Assembly: GCA_024278345.1 (NCBI GenBank)
Contig: JAJRTK010000277.1
Coordinates: 3,612 to 67,611 of the forward strand
DNA length: 64,000 nt
Reading direction: 5' to 3'
Source: a bacterium
GTDB lineage: Bacteria > CSSED10-310 > JAJRTK01
Shown: piece by piece, positions 26,415-36,843 of the stretch
How the letters are laid out: every line of letters begins with the position of its first letter
How positions within the stretch are numbered: the stretch's first letter is position 1
Program-made: the position numbers and the translations under genes
The notes under the pieces: model-generated
Databases searched by the model: none
Told to the model about the DNA's origin: nothing
The model's input: only the letters and a program-made list of their open reading frames with translations

Positions 26415-27941
26415 TCAATCGGTTATGGGCCAATTTTTTTCTTTCGGTTCGACGTAGGGAGCGGCAGCGGCATAGAAGTTCTTGAGCTCCTGTTTCATGC
26501 GTTTCCAGGTGGGTCGGCGAGAATAGCTCATGTGCCCAGCCCGGTAGAGGTTTGTGGTGACCCGCTGGAGCACGCTTTTTGAGGGTCCCAGGTGATTGAG
26601 GGTGTATTTGGTGCAGAGAGGCGGTGTGGCGAGGTCGAAATAACCAAGAGCAACAAAGAGTTTCAGCGCGGGATTCTGGCACATGGCACGATAGAGTCTG
26701 GGGGCGACGTTGAGCGAGGCTTGGGAGTCCTCGCCAAAGTCCCACGGCCGGACGCTCATGGTGAGGATTTCGTAGGGGAGATCGTTTTCGACCTTGAGCT
26801 GGGTGCGGAGGTAGTGATTGAGGGCGCCGGTAAAGGGCCCTTGAATGGAGGCATAGCTGGGATCGTAGTCGATATCCCTTCCCTCGGCATCGCGTGCGCT
26901 CCCGGTAAACCTGGCGTCGAGTCTACCCACAAGGAGATCTTCGGTCTTCAGGAGCTCCTTTCCGAAACGTGGCATATCGATCCGAAGGTTGCAGGACTCC
27001 AGAAGAGATTGTGGAAGGCCGGTGAACCGGGAGAGCTCGTGCAGGGTGTCCTGCCAGAGTTCTTCGGGAGTATCGTGGCCGAGGATCAGGACGTGGAGGT
27101 ATTGGCCCAGGGCAAACTCCTCGGCCATTGTGACGGCGGCTTCAAGGTCATCTTGCAGCCCGGGCTCGAGCCTACCGTGGTACCATGCCACGGCGGTGTA
27201 TGTTGGGAGGAAGAGAGCGTAGATGAGGTCGTTTCCCGGGTGAAAAAAGACGGTTTTGAAATCGAGTGCCGGGGAGATGAGGACAAGGCCGTTGAGAAAC
27301 ATGCCGTGCTTCTGTTGCAAGAGTTCGGCGAGGCCGGCGCTTCTGGTGGTTCCGTAGCTGGCGCCGGCCAGGAACTTGGGGGAGGCCCAGCGTTGATTTC
27401 TGGTGGTCCAAAGGCGGATGAATTCGCCGATGGATTCGAGGTCCTCTTCGACGCCGTGAAACTTCTTGGCGTCGGCGGGGGGCAGCGCCCGGCTGAACCC
27501 GGTTGTGACGGGATCGATGAAGATGAGGTCACTGACTTCCAGGAGTGTGTCGGGATTGGACTCGACGCGGTAGGGTGGGGGCGGCGGATCGCCTTCTTCG
27601 CCGAGCTCGACGCGCTTTGGCCCGAGACCTCCCAGATGAAGCCAGACTGATGAGGACCCGGGCCCGCCGTTGAAAGCGAAAGTGATGGGACGGTGCTGAG
27701 GGTTCGCCTCGATCTGGGTGTAGGCGACATAGAAGATGCTTGCCCGCGGTTTTCCCTCTTCGTCTTTCAGGATGTAGTTGCCGGCGGTGGCCTTGTAGCG
27801 AAGCCTGGCGCCGCCGACCCGAATAGAATACTCGGTTTCGGAAGAAAGCTCTTTGGGAGGCTCTTTCTTGTGCGGCAGGTCACCTTTGTTTCCTTGATGT
27901 CCGCTGTTCTTTTCTTGATCTGCCGCTGACTCGTTGCCCAT
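26415..27941 (-). CDS. Peptidase S10-family serine carboxypeptidase-like protein.
   Basis: S10 signature NGGPGSSSVWLHLGGLGP (compare GGPGCSS). A nucleophile-region-like FLAGASYGTT (compare GESYAG). Length about 500 aa. Confidence 0.55.
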   Translation of the reverse strand: MGNESAADQEKNSGHQGNKGDLPHKKEPPKELSSETEYSIRVGGARLRYKATAGNYILKDEEGKPRASIFYVAYTQIEANPQHRPITFAFNGGPGSSSVWLHLGGLGPKRVELGEEGDPPPPPYRVESNPDTLLEVSDLIFIDPVTTGFSRALPPADAKKFHGVEEDLESIGEFIRLWTTRNQRWASPKFLAGASYGTTRSAGLAELLQQKHGMFLNGLVLISPALDFKTVFFHPGNDLIYALFLPTYTAVAWYHGRLEPGLQDDLEAAVTMAEEFALGQYLHVLILGHDTPEELWQDTLHELSRFTGLPQSLLESCNLRIDMPRFGKELLKTEDLLVGRLDARFTGSARDAEGRDIDYDPSYASIQGPFTGALNHYLRTQLKVENDLPYEILTMSVRPWDFGEDSQASLNVAPRLYRAMCQNPALKLFVALGYFDLATPPLCTKYTLNHLGPSKSVLQRVTTNLYRAGHMSYSRRPTWKRMKQELKNFYAAAAPYVEPKEKNWPITD

Positions 27942-27956
27942 GTCTATGCCCTCGTC

Positions 27957-28856
27957 CTAGTGATAGTAGCGAACGGCTGCCCGGAACAAGGCAAGTCCGT
28001 CGCCGGCCTCTGGCAATTCGCGGCCCTGGCGCCGGAGTTTGTCGGCGATGGAGGGCCAATCCTCCCGCTGCACGAAATCGATGGCTCGTTCCGGGTGTGG
28101 CATCATTCCCATGACACGGCCGGTGGGATCGCAGACCCCGGCGACGTCCAGGGCGGCGCCGTTGGGGTTCCAAGGGGCTTCCCCGTGGGCCGGTTTCCCG
28201 TCCCGCGCATAGCGAAGGACAAGCTGGCCGGCGTTGGCAAGTCGGGCTAGCTCCGCTGGCGGTGCCCAAAATCGTCCTTCCCCGTGGGCCACCGGCAAGT
28301 GGAGAGCCCCAGAGTCCCGGAGCCAGGGTGAAGTGGTCTTCTCCGCCAGTAGATCGACCCAGCGGCAGACGTAGCCCGGCGGGCGGTTGGAGAGAAGCGC
28401 CACGCGTCTGGAATCCGTGGCGCATCCCGGAGCAGGCGAGGTAGAATCTTGGCCGGTGGCGCGGAATTCCGGGTTGAGCTTGGCCGTGAAATCGGGGGCG
28501 CCAGCGGGCTCACCTGGCAGGAGACCGAGGTGAGTAAGCACCTGAAATCCGTTGCAAATCCCAAGAATCAGGCGGTCACTCTCGACGAAGCGCCGCAGGA
28601 AGGTAGCTAGGCCATGACGCAGGCGGATCGCCAGGGCGTTTCCCGATCCCGTGTGGTCACCGTAGGAAAACCCGCCGGGCAAGACCAGGATCTGGCTTTG
28701 GAAAAGGCGCTGGGGAGATTCCATGAGATCCGCCACGTGGATGATCTTGGTTCGGGCTCCTGCCCGCCGGAAGGCGAAGGCGGTCTCCAGATCGCAGTTG
28801 ATCCCGGTCCCTGTGAGCACCATGACGGCCGGCGCGGTCATTTCGTATCCCTCCAA
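27957..28856 (-). CDS. purQ: Phosphoribosylformylglycinamidine synthase, glutamine amidotransferase subunit PurQ.
   Basis: Class-I GATase pattern (VLTGTGINCDLE…; GFSYGD; catalytic Cys-His context …GICNGFQVL…HMMPHPER). It sits immediately downstream of purL and overlaps it. Confidence 0.8.
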   Translation of the reverse strand: MEGYEMTAPAVMVLTGTGINCDLETAFAFRRAGARTKIIHVADLMESPQRLFQSQILVLPGGFSYGDHTGSGNALAIRLRHGLATFLRRFVESDRLILGICNGFQVLTHLGLLPGEPAGAPDFTAKLNPEFRATGQDSTSPAPGCATDSRRVALLSNRPPGYVCRWVDLLAEKTTSPWLRDSGALHLPVAHGEGRFWAPPAELARLANAGQLVLRYARDGKPAHGEAPWNPNGAALDVAGVCDPTGRVMGMMPHPERAIDFVQREDWPSIADKLRRQGRELPEAGDGLALFRAAVRYYH

Positions 28857-31800
28857 TCGGTCCCATAGGCGGAAGCAAGCTCGACCAACGCCGTGTCAAC
28901 GAGCACTGTGCCGCCGGCTCCACGAATTCGGAGGCGACCGCTCCCGGAGATTAAACCAATCCTTGCCACCGGAAGGTCCCAGCTTTGGAAGATTTCTTCG
29001 AAGGCGGCGGCGTTTTCTGGCGAGCAAGTGACGAGAAGTCGGCCGGGCGATTCGGAAAAGAGAATTGCCCGATCAGGGGCTTCATCACAGCAGCCATGGC
29101 TGCGGATCTGGTCTAGATCCACCTCGGCGCCAAGCTGGGCGGCCAGGCAGGCCGTGGCGACTGCCACAGCGAGGCCCCCGCGCCCAAGGGCCTGTGCGGA
29201 CGCTACCAGGCCGCGATCCACTGCCTGGGCGTGAAGCCCGTAGAGCCGTTTGGAGGTGGAGAGATCGAGCTCCGGCACGGCGCCGCCGGCGAGTTTCCTG
29301 TGGGCACGGTAGACGCTCCCCCCCAGGGCTCGCCTGGTGGTGCCAAGGAGAAAAATGAGATCGCCCGCGGCCTTGGGGTCGGGGCTGGCGATCCGCCGAA
29401 CATCATCGAGGATGGCCAAAGAGGAGATAAGAAGCGTCGGGGGGATGGAGAGTCTAGTGGTACGTCCCTGTCCGTCGTACCCGGAGAAATCGTTGTGCAT
29501 ACTATCCTTCCCCGAAATGAAAGGCGTCCCCCAGGCCACGGCCACTTCGTAGCAGGCCCGGGCGGATTCCTTCAAGAGCCAGAGTCGTTGGGGATCCTTT
29601 GGTTTTGACCAGCAAAAGTTATCGAGGAGGGCGATCCGCCCGAGTCTAGCGCCGAGGGCGACAAGTGGCCGTACGGCGGCATCCATGGCGCCGGCGGCGG
29701 CAGAATAGGGATCGAGCAGTGTCGCCTCTGGCCAAAGGCCCTGAGAAACGCCGATACCGCGATAGGAATCGGGTCGCGGCCGCACCACGGTGGCGGCGGA
29801 ATCGACTCGGCCGGGGCCCACCAGGGGTTTGAGGACTGAACTGCCCTGGACCTCGTGATCGAAGCGGAGGGCAAGTTCTTGGCGGCTGGCGATCCCGGGT
29901 CTCGCAAGGATCTCCAGCAAGAGGCGCTGGATCTCGCCGGGAGGCGGCGGGAGGGTTTTCTCGGCCTCCAGCTCAGGATCGGAAGCTCTGTCAGGCGGCA
30001 GGGCGACCTCGCACGGAAGCTCGCGGGCGGGCCACCCGTCTAGAAGGAAGTCGAGGGCGAGGTCCATGACCAGTTTGCCGCCATGGCTTACGACGCACTG
30101 GCCGGTGTCAGTGAACTGGCCGATCTCCGTGGCTTCGACATCCCGGCGCCGAAAGAGCTCAAGAATCTCATCAAGATGCTCGGGTGGAACCGCAAGGGTC
30201 ATCCTTTCCTGAGATTCACTCACCCAGATCTGCCAGGGTGCCATGCCGGGGTATTTCAGGGGCACCTTGGTCAGATCGACGATGCAGCCACCGGACTCTT
30301 GGGCCATTTCTGGGACGGAGCATGAGAGGCCGCCGGCTCCGTTGTCGGTGAGGCTCGTGTAGAGAGCCCGGTGGCGGGCTTCCCGAATCAGGGCGTCGGT
30401 GAGAAGCTTCTGCCCAATGGGATCTCCTATCTGCACGGCGGTGGCCGGGCTCCCTGAATCCAGGGCCTCGCTTGAAAAGGTAGCGCCATGAATCCCGTCC
30501 AAGCCAACGCGGCCGCCGACTACGACAATTCTATTCCCTGGGCGCGCTCGTTTTTGGTGCAGCCGACGCCCCTTCTCTTCCCGTGGAATCAAGCCCACGG
30601 TCCCGACGAAAACCAGAGGCTTGGCCCGGTAGTCCTCGTGGAACCACCAGAATCCTTGTGGCGTTGGAATGCCGGAGCAGTTTCCTCCCACCTCGACGCC
30701 GCGAAAAATGCCCTCCGCCAAGAGCCGAGGAGGCAAGAGGGGCTCTGACTCACCATCGGGAACACGGTATAGCTCCCGGCGGTCGCCTGGCCAAGGCAAA
30801 CAGAATCCATACCGGTTCAGGATGGGCCGGGCCCCCAGTCCAAATCCGACGGCGTCGCGGTTCACGCCCAGGATTCCCGTGAGCGCGCCTCCGAAGGGAT
30901 CCAGGGCGGACGGACTGTTGTGGGTCTCCACCTTATCTGTGACAAGGTAATCCTCATCGAAGACAATCGCTCCTGAATTGTCTACGAAGACTGATGCGCA
31001 AAAGCTGTCGTCTCGCGCTCTTTGGATCTCCAGGGTAGCGCGGCGGATATAGTGGTGGAAAAGGCCCGCCCGCGCTTCGCCCAAGGGGGAATTGAAAATG
31101 AGGTGGCGACAGTGTTCCGACCAGTTCTGCGCCAAGGATTCCAGCTCTAGATCGGTGGGATGGCGCCCGATCTTTCGGAAGTGGCGCTGGATGACCAGGA
31201 GTGATTCGAGATCGAGTGCAAGGGGGCCTCGGCGGGGCAGACCGCGACCCTTTTCTCCGGGATTCTGAGGTAGGCCGGCTTTTCCCAGTAGCAGGAGCTC
31301 TGCCTCTGAAACCTCGAGGTTCACTTCGTCGGCTTCTGGATGGGGATTCAAGGCGACCCCGGGTGCGACACGGTCCATTCCCCCATCACGGGAATAGTGC
31401 GTCCAGGATTTAATGGACACCCTTTCTACCAATGGGTTTGCCAGCTCCGCGGCAATGGCCTGGAGGTCTGCGTCGGGCAAGGTTCCGCGGAGCAGATAGA
31501 GGCGAGAACCGTGGCAACTCTCGGCATCTTCCAGGGAGCGCCCCCACAAGACGGGGAGCAGTTTGGCCACGGTTCGGCCTACGTTGTCGGTAACACCAGG
31601 CAGAAAACCGACTTCAAGAGCCCAGTGGAAGCCCGTGAGGACCAATGGCCGGTCGATGCTGGCGGGACGAGTCAAGGGATGGCCCAAGGCTTTTGCCAGG
31701 ACGGTAAGATCGTGTTGGCGGAAGCAACCCCGCAAGGTGATGACATCGATCCTGACGACCCCCTCCAACGACGGTGCGCAGCCGCCGCGCCGGAGGCGCG

Positions 31801-31909
31801 CCAAGAGCTGGGCGGCCACCGGATCATCCTGGGGAAACCCCACTTCGATTCGGTGGTTCTCCAAGCCAGTTTTTCCGTTCACCATCTTCTCCTCATTAGA
31901 CTCGACCAC
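28838..31909 (-). CDS. purL: Phosphoribosylformylglycinamidine synthase PurL (1023 aa): a synthetase with an N-terminal large-PurL-type domain but no fused glutaminase.
   Basis: AIR-synthase-related repeats with conserved DNxGAGG-like elements (SLTDNGAGGLSCSVPEMAQ) and HxSPSALDPFGGALTGI. About 150 aa of N-terminal extension compared with 740-aa small PurL. Confidence 0.8.
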   Translation of the reverse strand: MVESNEEKMVNGKTGLENHRIEVGFPQDDPVAAQLLARLRRGGCAPSLEGVVRIDVITLRGCFRQHDLTVLAKALGHPLTRPASIDRPLVLTGFHWALEVGFLPGVTDNVGRTVAKLLPVLWGRSLEDAESCHGSRLYLLRGTLPDADLQAIAAELANPLVERVSIKSWTHYSRDGGMDRVAPGVALNPHPEADEVNLEVSEAELLLLGKAGLPQNPGEKGRGLPRRGPLALDLESLLVIQRHFRKIGRHPTDLELESLAQNWSEHCRHLIFNSPLGEARAGLFHHYIRRATLEIQRARDDSFCASVFVDNSGAIVFDEDYLVTDKVETHNSPSALDPFGGALTGILGVNRDAVGFGLGARPILNRYGFCLPWPGDRRELYRVPDGESEPLLPPRLLAEGIFRGVEVGGNCSGIPTPQGFWWFHEDYRAKPLVFVGTVGLIPREEKGRRLHQKRARPGNRIVVVGGRVGLDGIHGATFSSEALDSGSPATAVQIGDPIGQKLLTDALIREARHRALYTSLTDNGAGGLSCSVPEMAQESGGCIVDLTKVPLKYPGMAPWQIWVSESQERMTLAVPPEHLDEILELFRRRDVEATEIGQFTDTGQCVVSHGGKLVMDLALDFLLDGWPARELPCEVALPPDRASDPELEAEKTLPPPPGEIQRLLLEILARPGIASRQELALRFDHEVQGSSVLKPLVGPGRVDSAATVVRPRPDSYRGIGVSQGLWPEATLLDPYSAAAGAMDAAVRPLVALGARLGRIALLDNFCWSKPKDPQRLWLLKESARACYEVAVAWGTPFISGKDSMHNDFSGYDGQGRTTRLSIPPTLLISSLAILDDVRRIASPDPKAAGDLIFLLGTTRRALGGSVYRAHRKLAGGAVPELDLSTSKRLYGLHAQAVDRGLVASAQALGRGGLAVAVATACLAAQLGAEVDLDQIRSHGCCDEAPDRAILFSESPGRLLVTCSPENAAAFEEIFQSWDLPVARIGLISGSGRLRIRGAGGTVLVDTALVELASAYGTDWRDTK

Positions 31910-32213
31910 GAAAGTGCATGATATTTCGGCACAACCATAACGGTTCCGCTCCGGAGTGCAAGAGGAGCGTATCGATAAGAGTGTGGCGGAAGAGCAGGGA
32001 AAGCTCTTTGGAGTTGCCGAACAGAGTATCGGGTGCGATATTGTGGGATCTTAGACCGATGCCGGTCATCGTGGGCCGCCTTTGGCGGCTTGACCATGGC
32101 GCGGCACTGAGACTTGGTGGCCCATGCGTGAAAGATAGCTCCGGGTCCACTTGTTTCCGGCTGGCGCCGGGCAAAACAAAGGCCCTGACCGGCCGTGAAC
32201 CAATAGAGCCCCC

Positions 32214-35200
32214 ATGAGCATGACGGATGGAATTCGCATCGGACCGTACGAGGTGCTCGGCACTTTGGGGCACGGTGGGATGGGGATCGTCTATCGGGCC
32301 AGGCATGGAACCACCGGTGATCTCGTGGCCTTGAAGACGGTACGCATCCCGCATGCGCGGCAACTTCAGGGAATCCGGCGGGAGATCCATGCCCTGGCCC
32401 GGATCCGCCATCCGGGGATCGTGCGGATTGTCGATGAAGGAGTCCGGGACGGGATTCCCTGGTATGCCATGGAGCTCCTGGAGGGAACCTCACTGCGGAA
32501 ACATGCAGCTCGCCTCACGGGATGGCAAACGGACAAAGCCGAGACCCACTCGGTGAAGCTCCCCACTCGCCCGGAACTTGGGAACCGCTCCACGAAAATT
32601 GGCTCCGCCCCCGCAACCGTCCGAGAGCCAAATTCGGCGGCGGACCGGAATGATCCTACGGCGGGCCACTGGCGACTCGGCGATGCAGAGGAGCTTGGAT
32701 CGGCTCCTGGCCCCGGGGAGACGCAAAGCTCGCCCCACGCCGTCACATTTCGGCCCGACTCCTCTCCAGGCCAGGATAGCACGGCCTCTGTATCGGTTGC
32801 CTCCGACAACCACGTGCCGCCAGAGACTCCGGAACAATGGGAACCTATGGTGCCACCGAGCCGCCCGGCGGCAGGCGGCGCCCTACTGCCAATTCTTGAG
32901 CTCATCCAACGCCTCTGCGACCCACTTTCCTATTTTCATGGTGAAGGTATCGTTCACCGCGATCTCAAGCCAGAGAACATTCTTATCCGCCACGACGGAA
33001 CGCCGGTACTCGTCGATTTCGGGTTGATGTCGCAATTTGCTCCAGCAGGCGGCCGGGAGCGGATGATCGTCGATGGCCTGGCCATTGGCACCGTTGCGTA
33101 CATGGCGCCGGAACAGATCCGCGGCGAGCTCGTGGATGCCAGAGCCGACCTCTATTCTCTTGGCTGTATTCTCTACGAACTGGTTACGGGGCGGCAGCCA
33201 TTCCGCGCCAAGAGCGATAGCAGCATTCTATGGCTTCATCTCAACGGAGATCCACGGCGCCCATCGGAACTGGTGATGGACATTCCCACAGCCCTCGACG
33301 ACCTTATTCTGCGCTTGCTGGCCAAGCAGCCCGAAGAACGTCTGGGATACGCCGACGATGTGGCGGCGGCCTTAGAACGGCTAGGCGCCTGTGCCAAACC
33401 TCATGGAACCAAACTCCGGCCAAAAGCCTACCTCTACCGGTCGCGCCTTGCAGGGCGCGCCGACGACATGGAGGTCATCCAGGGCCATCTGTCGAGTCTC
33501 CAGAGAGGTAGTGGAGGCCTTCTCTTGATCCGGGGCGCGGCGGGAATGGGAAAAACCCGGCTCGCCATGGAGGCGGCCAGGATGGCGGAACACCGGCGCA
33601 TCCCGGTATTGACCAGCCAATGCGTGGCGGTGAGCAGTGACGGCCCCCACAGCCGCGGAGAACCCCTCTCGGCACTCCGCCCGCAACTCAGGGCTATCGC
33701 CGACCACTGCCGGCAAATGGGGGACGAGGAAACCCGCCGCATCCTGGGGCCGCGGGCTCGAATCCTGGCCCGATACGAACCCACCATCGCTCGCCTTCCA
33801 GGACTGGGAGCGTACGACGATCCGCCGAAGCTGTTTCCTGAAGCCGCCGTCATTCGGCTCTACAGTTTCCTCTGCCAAACTTTCACCGAGCTCGCCCGAA
33901 ATGCCCCGATTCTCTTGGTCCTCGACGATCTCCAATGGGCCGATGAACTGACGCTCGGTTGGCTTCGTTTCAGTCTCCAGCCACGCTATCTGGCATCCAT
34001 GCGCACGCTGATCATTGCGACGCTCCGCCACGGGCCCACCAACGAATCGACTTCTCCCCTGCTCCACCACCCGGAAGTTCACAAGCTCGAGCCCAATCCG
34101 CTGGATCTCCACGGGATCCGCCGCGTCATTCGAGACATGCTTGCCCTTCCGGCGCCGCCGGAGGGCCTTGTACAGTTCCTGTTCCAGGAGTCGGAGGGGA
34201 ACCCCTTCTACGTCGCGGAAGTCCTTCACGCGGCCATATCGGAAGGCTTGCTCAGCCGCGACGAGGCCGGCGCCTGGCATATGACCCAGGAGTTCCACCA
34301 CTGGGACGACACGACGGACAAAAAACTCCCTCTCCCTTCCTCCTTGCTACAGTTGTCCTACCGCCGCCTCGAAGGCCTTCCCCCACGGGAGCTCGAGCTC
34401 ATCGAAGTCGCGGCGCTGCTGGGCCGCATCGTCGATCCGGAGCTCCTGGCGGAGCTCACGGGACTCGATGACCTCGATCTCATGTCGTTAACACGAGAAC
34501 TCCTGCGACGAAAGCTGCTGGAGGAAACCAGTTCCTCCGCCGCCCTTCGCTTCGGTCACGATACCCTTCGCGAGGCAGCCTATTCCAGAATCGCAGTCCA
34601 AGAACGGCGACGGCTCCACCACCAGGCAGCCCGCCTACTAGAAGAGCGGATCGCCCGGGGCCGGGAAGTCTCCCTGCGCGTCGTGGGGTACCATTGGGAA
34701 AACGCTCAAAAAACCAACAAGGCGCGGGACTGCTACTTGGCAGGCGCTCGAAAAGCCGTGTCCAAACACGCCCATGCCGACGCCGAGTCTCTCTACCGAG
34801 CCTTCCTGCGTCTGTCGCCGGAGCATGCGCCGCGTAATGTCGTCGTCCTCAACGAGCTAGCGGAAAAGGTTCTCCGCATCCAGGGCCGAGCCACCGACGC
34901 CATGGCCCAGCTCAGGACAGCCCTGGAGCTCGCCCGAGAACAGGGCGATTACGAAGGAGAGGCCGCCAGTTGGCGGAACTTGGGGCGAATCAGCGCCAGC
35001 ACCGGCCAGCTTGACGATGCCCGCGCCTTCTATGAACGTGCGCTGGGGCTTTACCGTCTTCTTGGCCTCCAGACCGAAGAGGGGGTCACCCTCATCGGCC
35101 TCGCTTATATCCACGGCTGTCAGGGGCGCTTGCCTCTAGCCCAGGAAAACTACGCGAAGGCAATGGAGCTCCAGATCGCTACTGGCGACCGCCACTTTGA

Positions 35201-36290
35201 AAACGTCGCGCGCCTTGGGCTGGCCAGCATCATGCAGCGCCGTGGCCAAACAGCGACGGCACTGGCCCTCATCGAAGACGTACAACAGGGAGATACTGGA
35301 GCGGGAAGCCTCCACTCCAAGGCCGAGATTCTCACGGTCCAAGCACGGGTCAAGGCCGATAGTGGACACCTCGAAATGGCCCTCCAACTCTTCCAGCAGG
35401 CTCAAGAGCTCTATGGCGAATTGGGGAACCGCCGAAACGAAGCGATGCTCCTTTCCGAGATCGCCGAAGTCCGTTATCTCCTGGGTGATGTTCGGGGATC
35501 CAATGAACCCCAGGAACGTGCGCTACGCCTTCTCAGGGAGGTCGGCGAACGCAGACTCGAAGCCGATGCCCTGCTCTCCCTTGGCAGACGCCTTCGGGAA
35601 CAAGGCTTCTTCGAGGCGGCTCTGTCCCTTACTCAGGACGCTCAAAAGATCCACACCCAGATCGACGACTGCTATGGAATCGCCCAGTCCACAACTTCAT
35701 TGGCACGGCTAAGGGCTGATCAATCCCGCCATGACGATGCCAGGAGCCTTGCGCACCAGGCGCTGGAATCCCTCGAAAATACACTGGACCCCGGCCTACG
35801 CTGCACCAATCTTCTGATCCTGGCCGGAGCGGCACTGGCGGACGGCAGGCTCGACGACGCCCGCGAACACTGCGAGCAAGCCATCAGGAGGCTATCTTCC
35901 GGAGAGGCGCCCTTTGTTCTTGGCGAACACCAAGCCCTCCTTGCCCGAGTCGAGCGTCTCTCTGGCACACCGGGAGAAAAACCACAAAGCTACCTCGAAG
36001 CCGCACTTCACACGGCCCGCAGCCGAAGGCGGACACTCCTACAAATTCAGTGTTTCTGTGAGCTCGGCCACCACAAGCTCGCCCACGGCCAATCCGCAAA
36101 AGAAGAGCTCCACATCGCAAAGCGCCTGATCCGGCCCAGGAGAATGCGACGAGAAAGCCGCCTTGCCACCCTGATCACAGATCTCGCCAAAGCGGAAACC
36201 GCCTTTGAGGATGGTCAAGTGAACCGCCTCTTCCGGGGAGCGATCCTCGATGACTTGCCAGACAACCTTCGAGCAAGGCTTACGAGATAG
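32214..36290 (+). CDS. Multidomain Ser/Thr protein kinase fused to an AAA/STAND-type NTPase and TPR repeats (PknK/MalT-like).
   Basis: Hanks kinase motifs: GHGGMGIVYRA (Gly loop), VALK (Lys), HRDLKPENIL, DFG, APE. Walker A GAAGMGKTRLA about 430 aa in. A long C-terminal TPR array (…EAASWRNLGRISASTGQLDDARAFYERALGLYR…). Confidence 0.8.
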   Translation: MSMTDGIRIGPYEVLGTLGHGGMGIVYRARHGTTGDLVALKTVRIPHARQLQGIRREIHALARIRHPGIVRIVDEGVRDGIPWYAMELLEGTSLRKHAARLTGWQTDKAETHSVKLPTRPELGNRSTKIGSAPATVREPNSAADRNDPTAGHWRLGDAEELGSAPGPGETQSSPHAVTFRPDSSPGQDSTASVSVASDNHVPPETPEQWEPMVPPSRPAAGGALLPILELIQRLCDPLSYFHGEGIVHRDLKPENILIRHDGTPVLVDFGLMSQFAPAGGRERMIVDGLAIGTVAYMAPEQIRGELVDARADLYSLGCILYELVTGRQPFRAKSDSSILWLHLNGDPRRPSELVMDIPTALDDLILRLLAKQPEERLGYADDVAAALERLGACAKPHGTKLRPKAYLYRSRLAGRADDMEVIQGHLSSLQRGSGGLLLIRGAAGMGKTRLAMEAARMAEHRRIPVLTSQCVAVSSDGPHSRGEPLSALRPQLRAIADHCRQMGDEETRRILGPRARILARYEPTIARLPGLGAYDDPPKLFPEAAVIRLYSFLCQTFTELARNAPILLVLDDLQWADELTLGWLRFSLQPRYLASMRTLIIATLRHGPTNESTSPLLHHPEVHKLEPNPLDLHGIRRVIRDMLALPAPPEGLVQFLFQESEGNPFYVAEVLHAAISEGLLSRDEAGAWHMTQEFHHWDDTTDKKLPLPSSLLQLSYRRLEGLPPRELELIEVAALLGRIVDPELLAELTGLDDLDLMSLTRELLRRKLLEETSSSAALRFGHDTLREAAYSRIAVQERRRLHHQAARLLEERIARGREVSLRVVGYHWENAQKTNKARDCYLAGARKAVSKHAHADAESLYRAFLRLSPEHAPRNVVVLNELAEKVLRIQGRATDAMAQLRTALELAREQGDYEGEAASWRNLGRISASTGQLDDARAFYERALGLYRLLGLQTEEGVTLIGLAYIHGCQGRLPLAQENYAKAMELQIATGDRHFENVARLGLASIMQRRGQTATALALIEDVQQGDTGAGSLHSKAEILTVQARVKADSGHLEMALQLFQQAQELYGELGNRRNEAMLLSEIAEVRYLLGDVRGSNEPQERALRLLREVGERRLEADALLSLGRRLREQGFFEAALSLTQDAQKIHTQIDDCYGIAQSTTSLARLRADQSRHDDARSLAHQALESLENTLDPGLRCTNLLILAGAALADGRLDDAREHCEQAIRRLSSGEAPFVLGEHQALLARVERLSGTPGEKPQSYLEAALHTARSRRRTLLQIQCFCELGHHKLAHGQSAKEELHIAKRLIRPRRMRRESRLATLITDLAKAETAFEDGQVNRLFRGAILDDLPDNLRARLTR

Positions 36291-36325
36291 AGCGCTGGTT
36301 GGTGCGCCGGCCTTAGAGAAGAACT

Positions 36326-36643
36326 CTACCCGACGTCAGCCGTGGCCTCCATCTCACGCTTGTGCTCCATAAGATCGTCCATAAGGCGCTTTGTGTGGTC
36401 GTGGGCGATCATGGCGCGAAGGGTCCGGTATTTGCCTTCTGGTGCCCCATAATTCACCAGAATCGCCACCATACGCTCCCGAGCCTCCATGAAACTATCG
36501 TTAAACTGCTCGAAATCCTCGGTATCAAGAAGCCTCTCGATGACATCGTATTCGCCGGCACCGCTTTTTCCAAGCCCCATCCTGCGAAGGCTTTCGCTGT
36601 AGTCGATCTCCAGCTTCTTCGGTGGATTTTCCGTCATATCCAT
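36326..36643 (-). CDS. Small hypothetical protein (105 aa).
   Basis: Coherent ORF with balanced, protein-like composition, divergent from the R1 copy B region. No motif recognised. Confidence 0.4.
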   Translation of the reverse strand: MDMTENPPKKLEIDYSESLRRMGLGKSGAGEYDVIERLLDTEDFEQFNDSFMEARERMVAILVNYGAPEGKYRTLRAMIAHDHTKRLMDDLMEHKREMEATADVG

Positions 36644-36693
36644 CTCTCCTCAAGGGGTTCTGACAACAGCGGACTCCTTGATTTATACGGGAC

Positions 36694-36843
36694 CTATCAG
36701 ATCTGGTTGACAAGTCCCCGCACGCAAGGAACCCACCGTTCAATTCCGTGAATCCCGTCCGGCCCGCCACCGGCAAGATGCCGGTGCCACCATGGCGGCG
36801 CCGCGGAGTGTAAAGCAACACCGCGGGGATTTGATAGATCCCA
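36694..36843 (+). ncRNA. Conserved structured element R1, copy B. It is preceded by TTGACA and followed at about 36870-36918 by a weak hairpin plus U-run. It may be an independent small RNA or a leader for the gene at 37110.
   Basis: Same closing stem (CUAUCA/UGAUAG) and identical internal hairpin CACCGGC-AAGAU-GCCGGUG as copy A. TTGACA at 36707-36712 lies inside the element's 5' end. Confidence 0.5.

Noticed and set aside
26592-27650. A 352-aa + strand ORF overlapping the S10 peptidase gene.
   Set aside because: It is antisense to a gene with a clear family signature (GGPGSSS). It is low-complexity and Gly/Glu-rich with no start context, so it is judged spurious.
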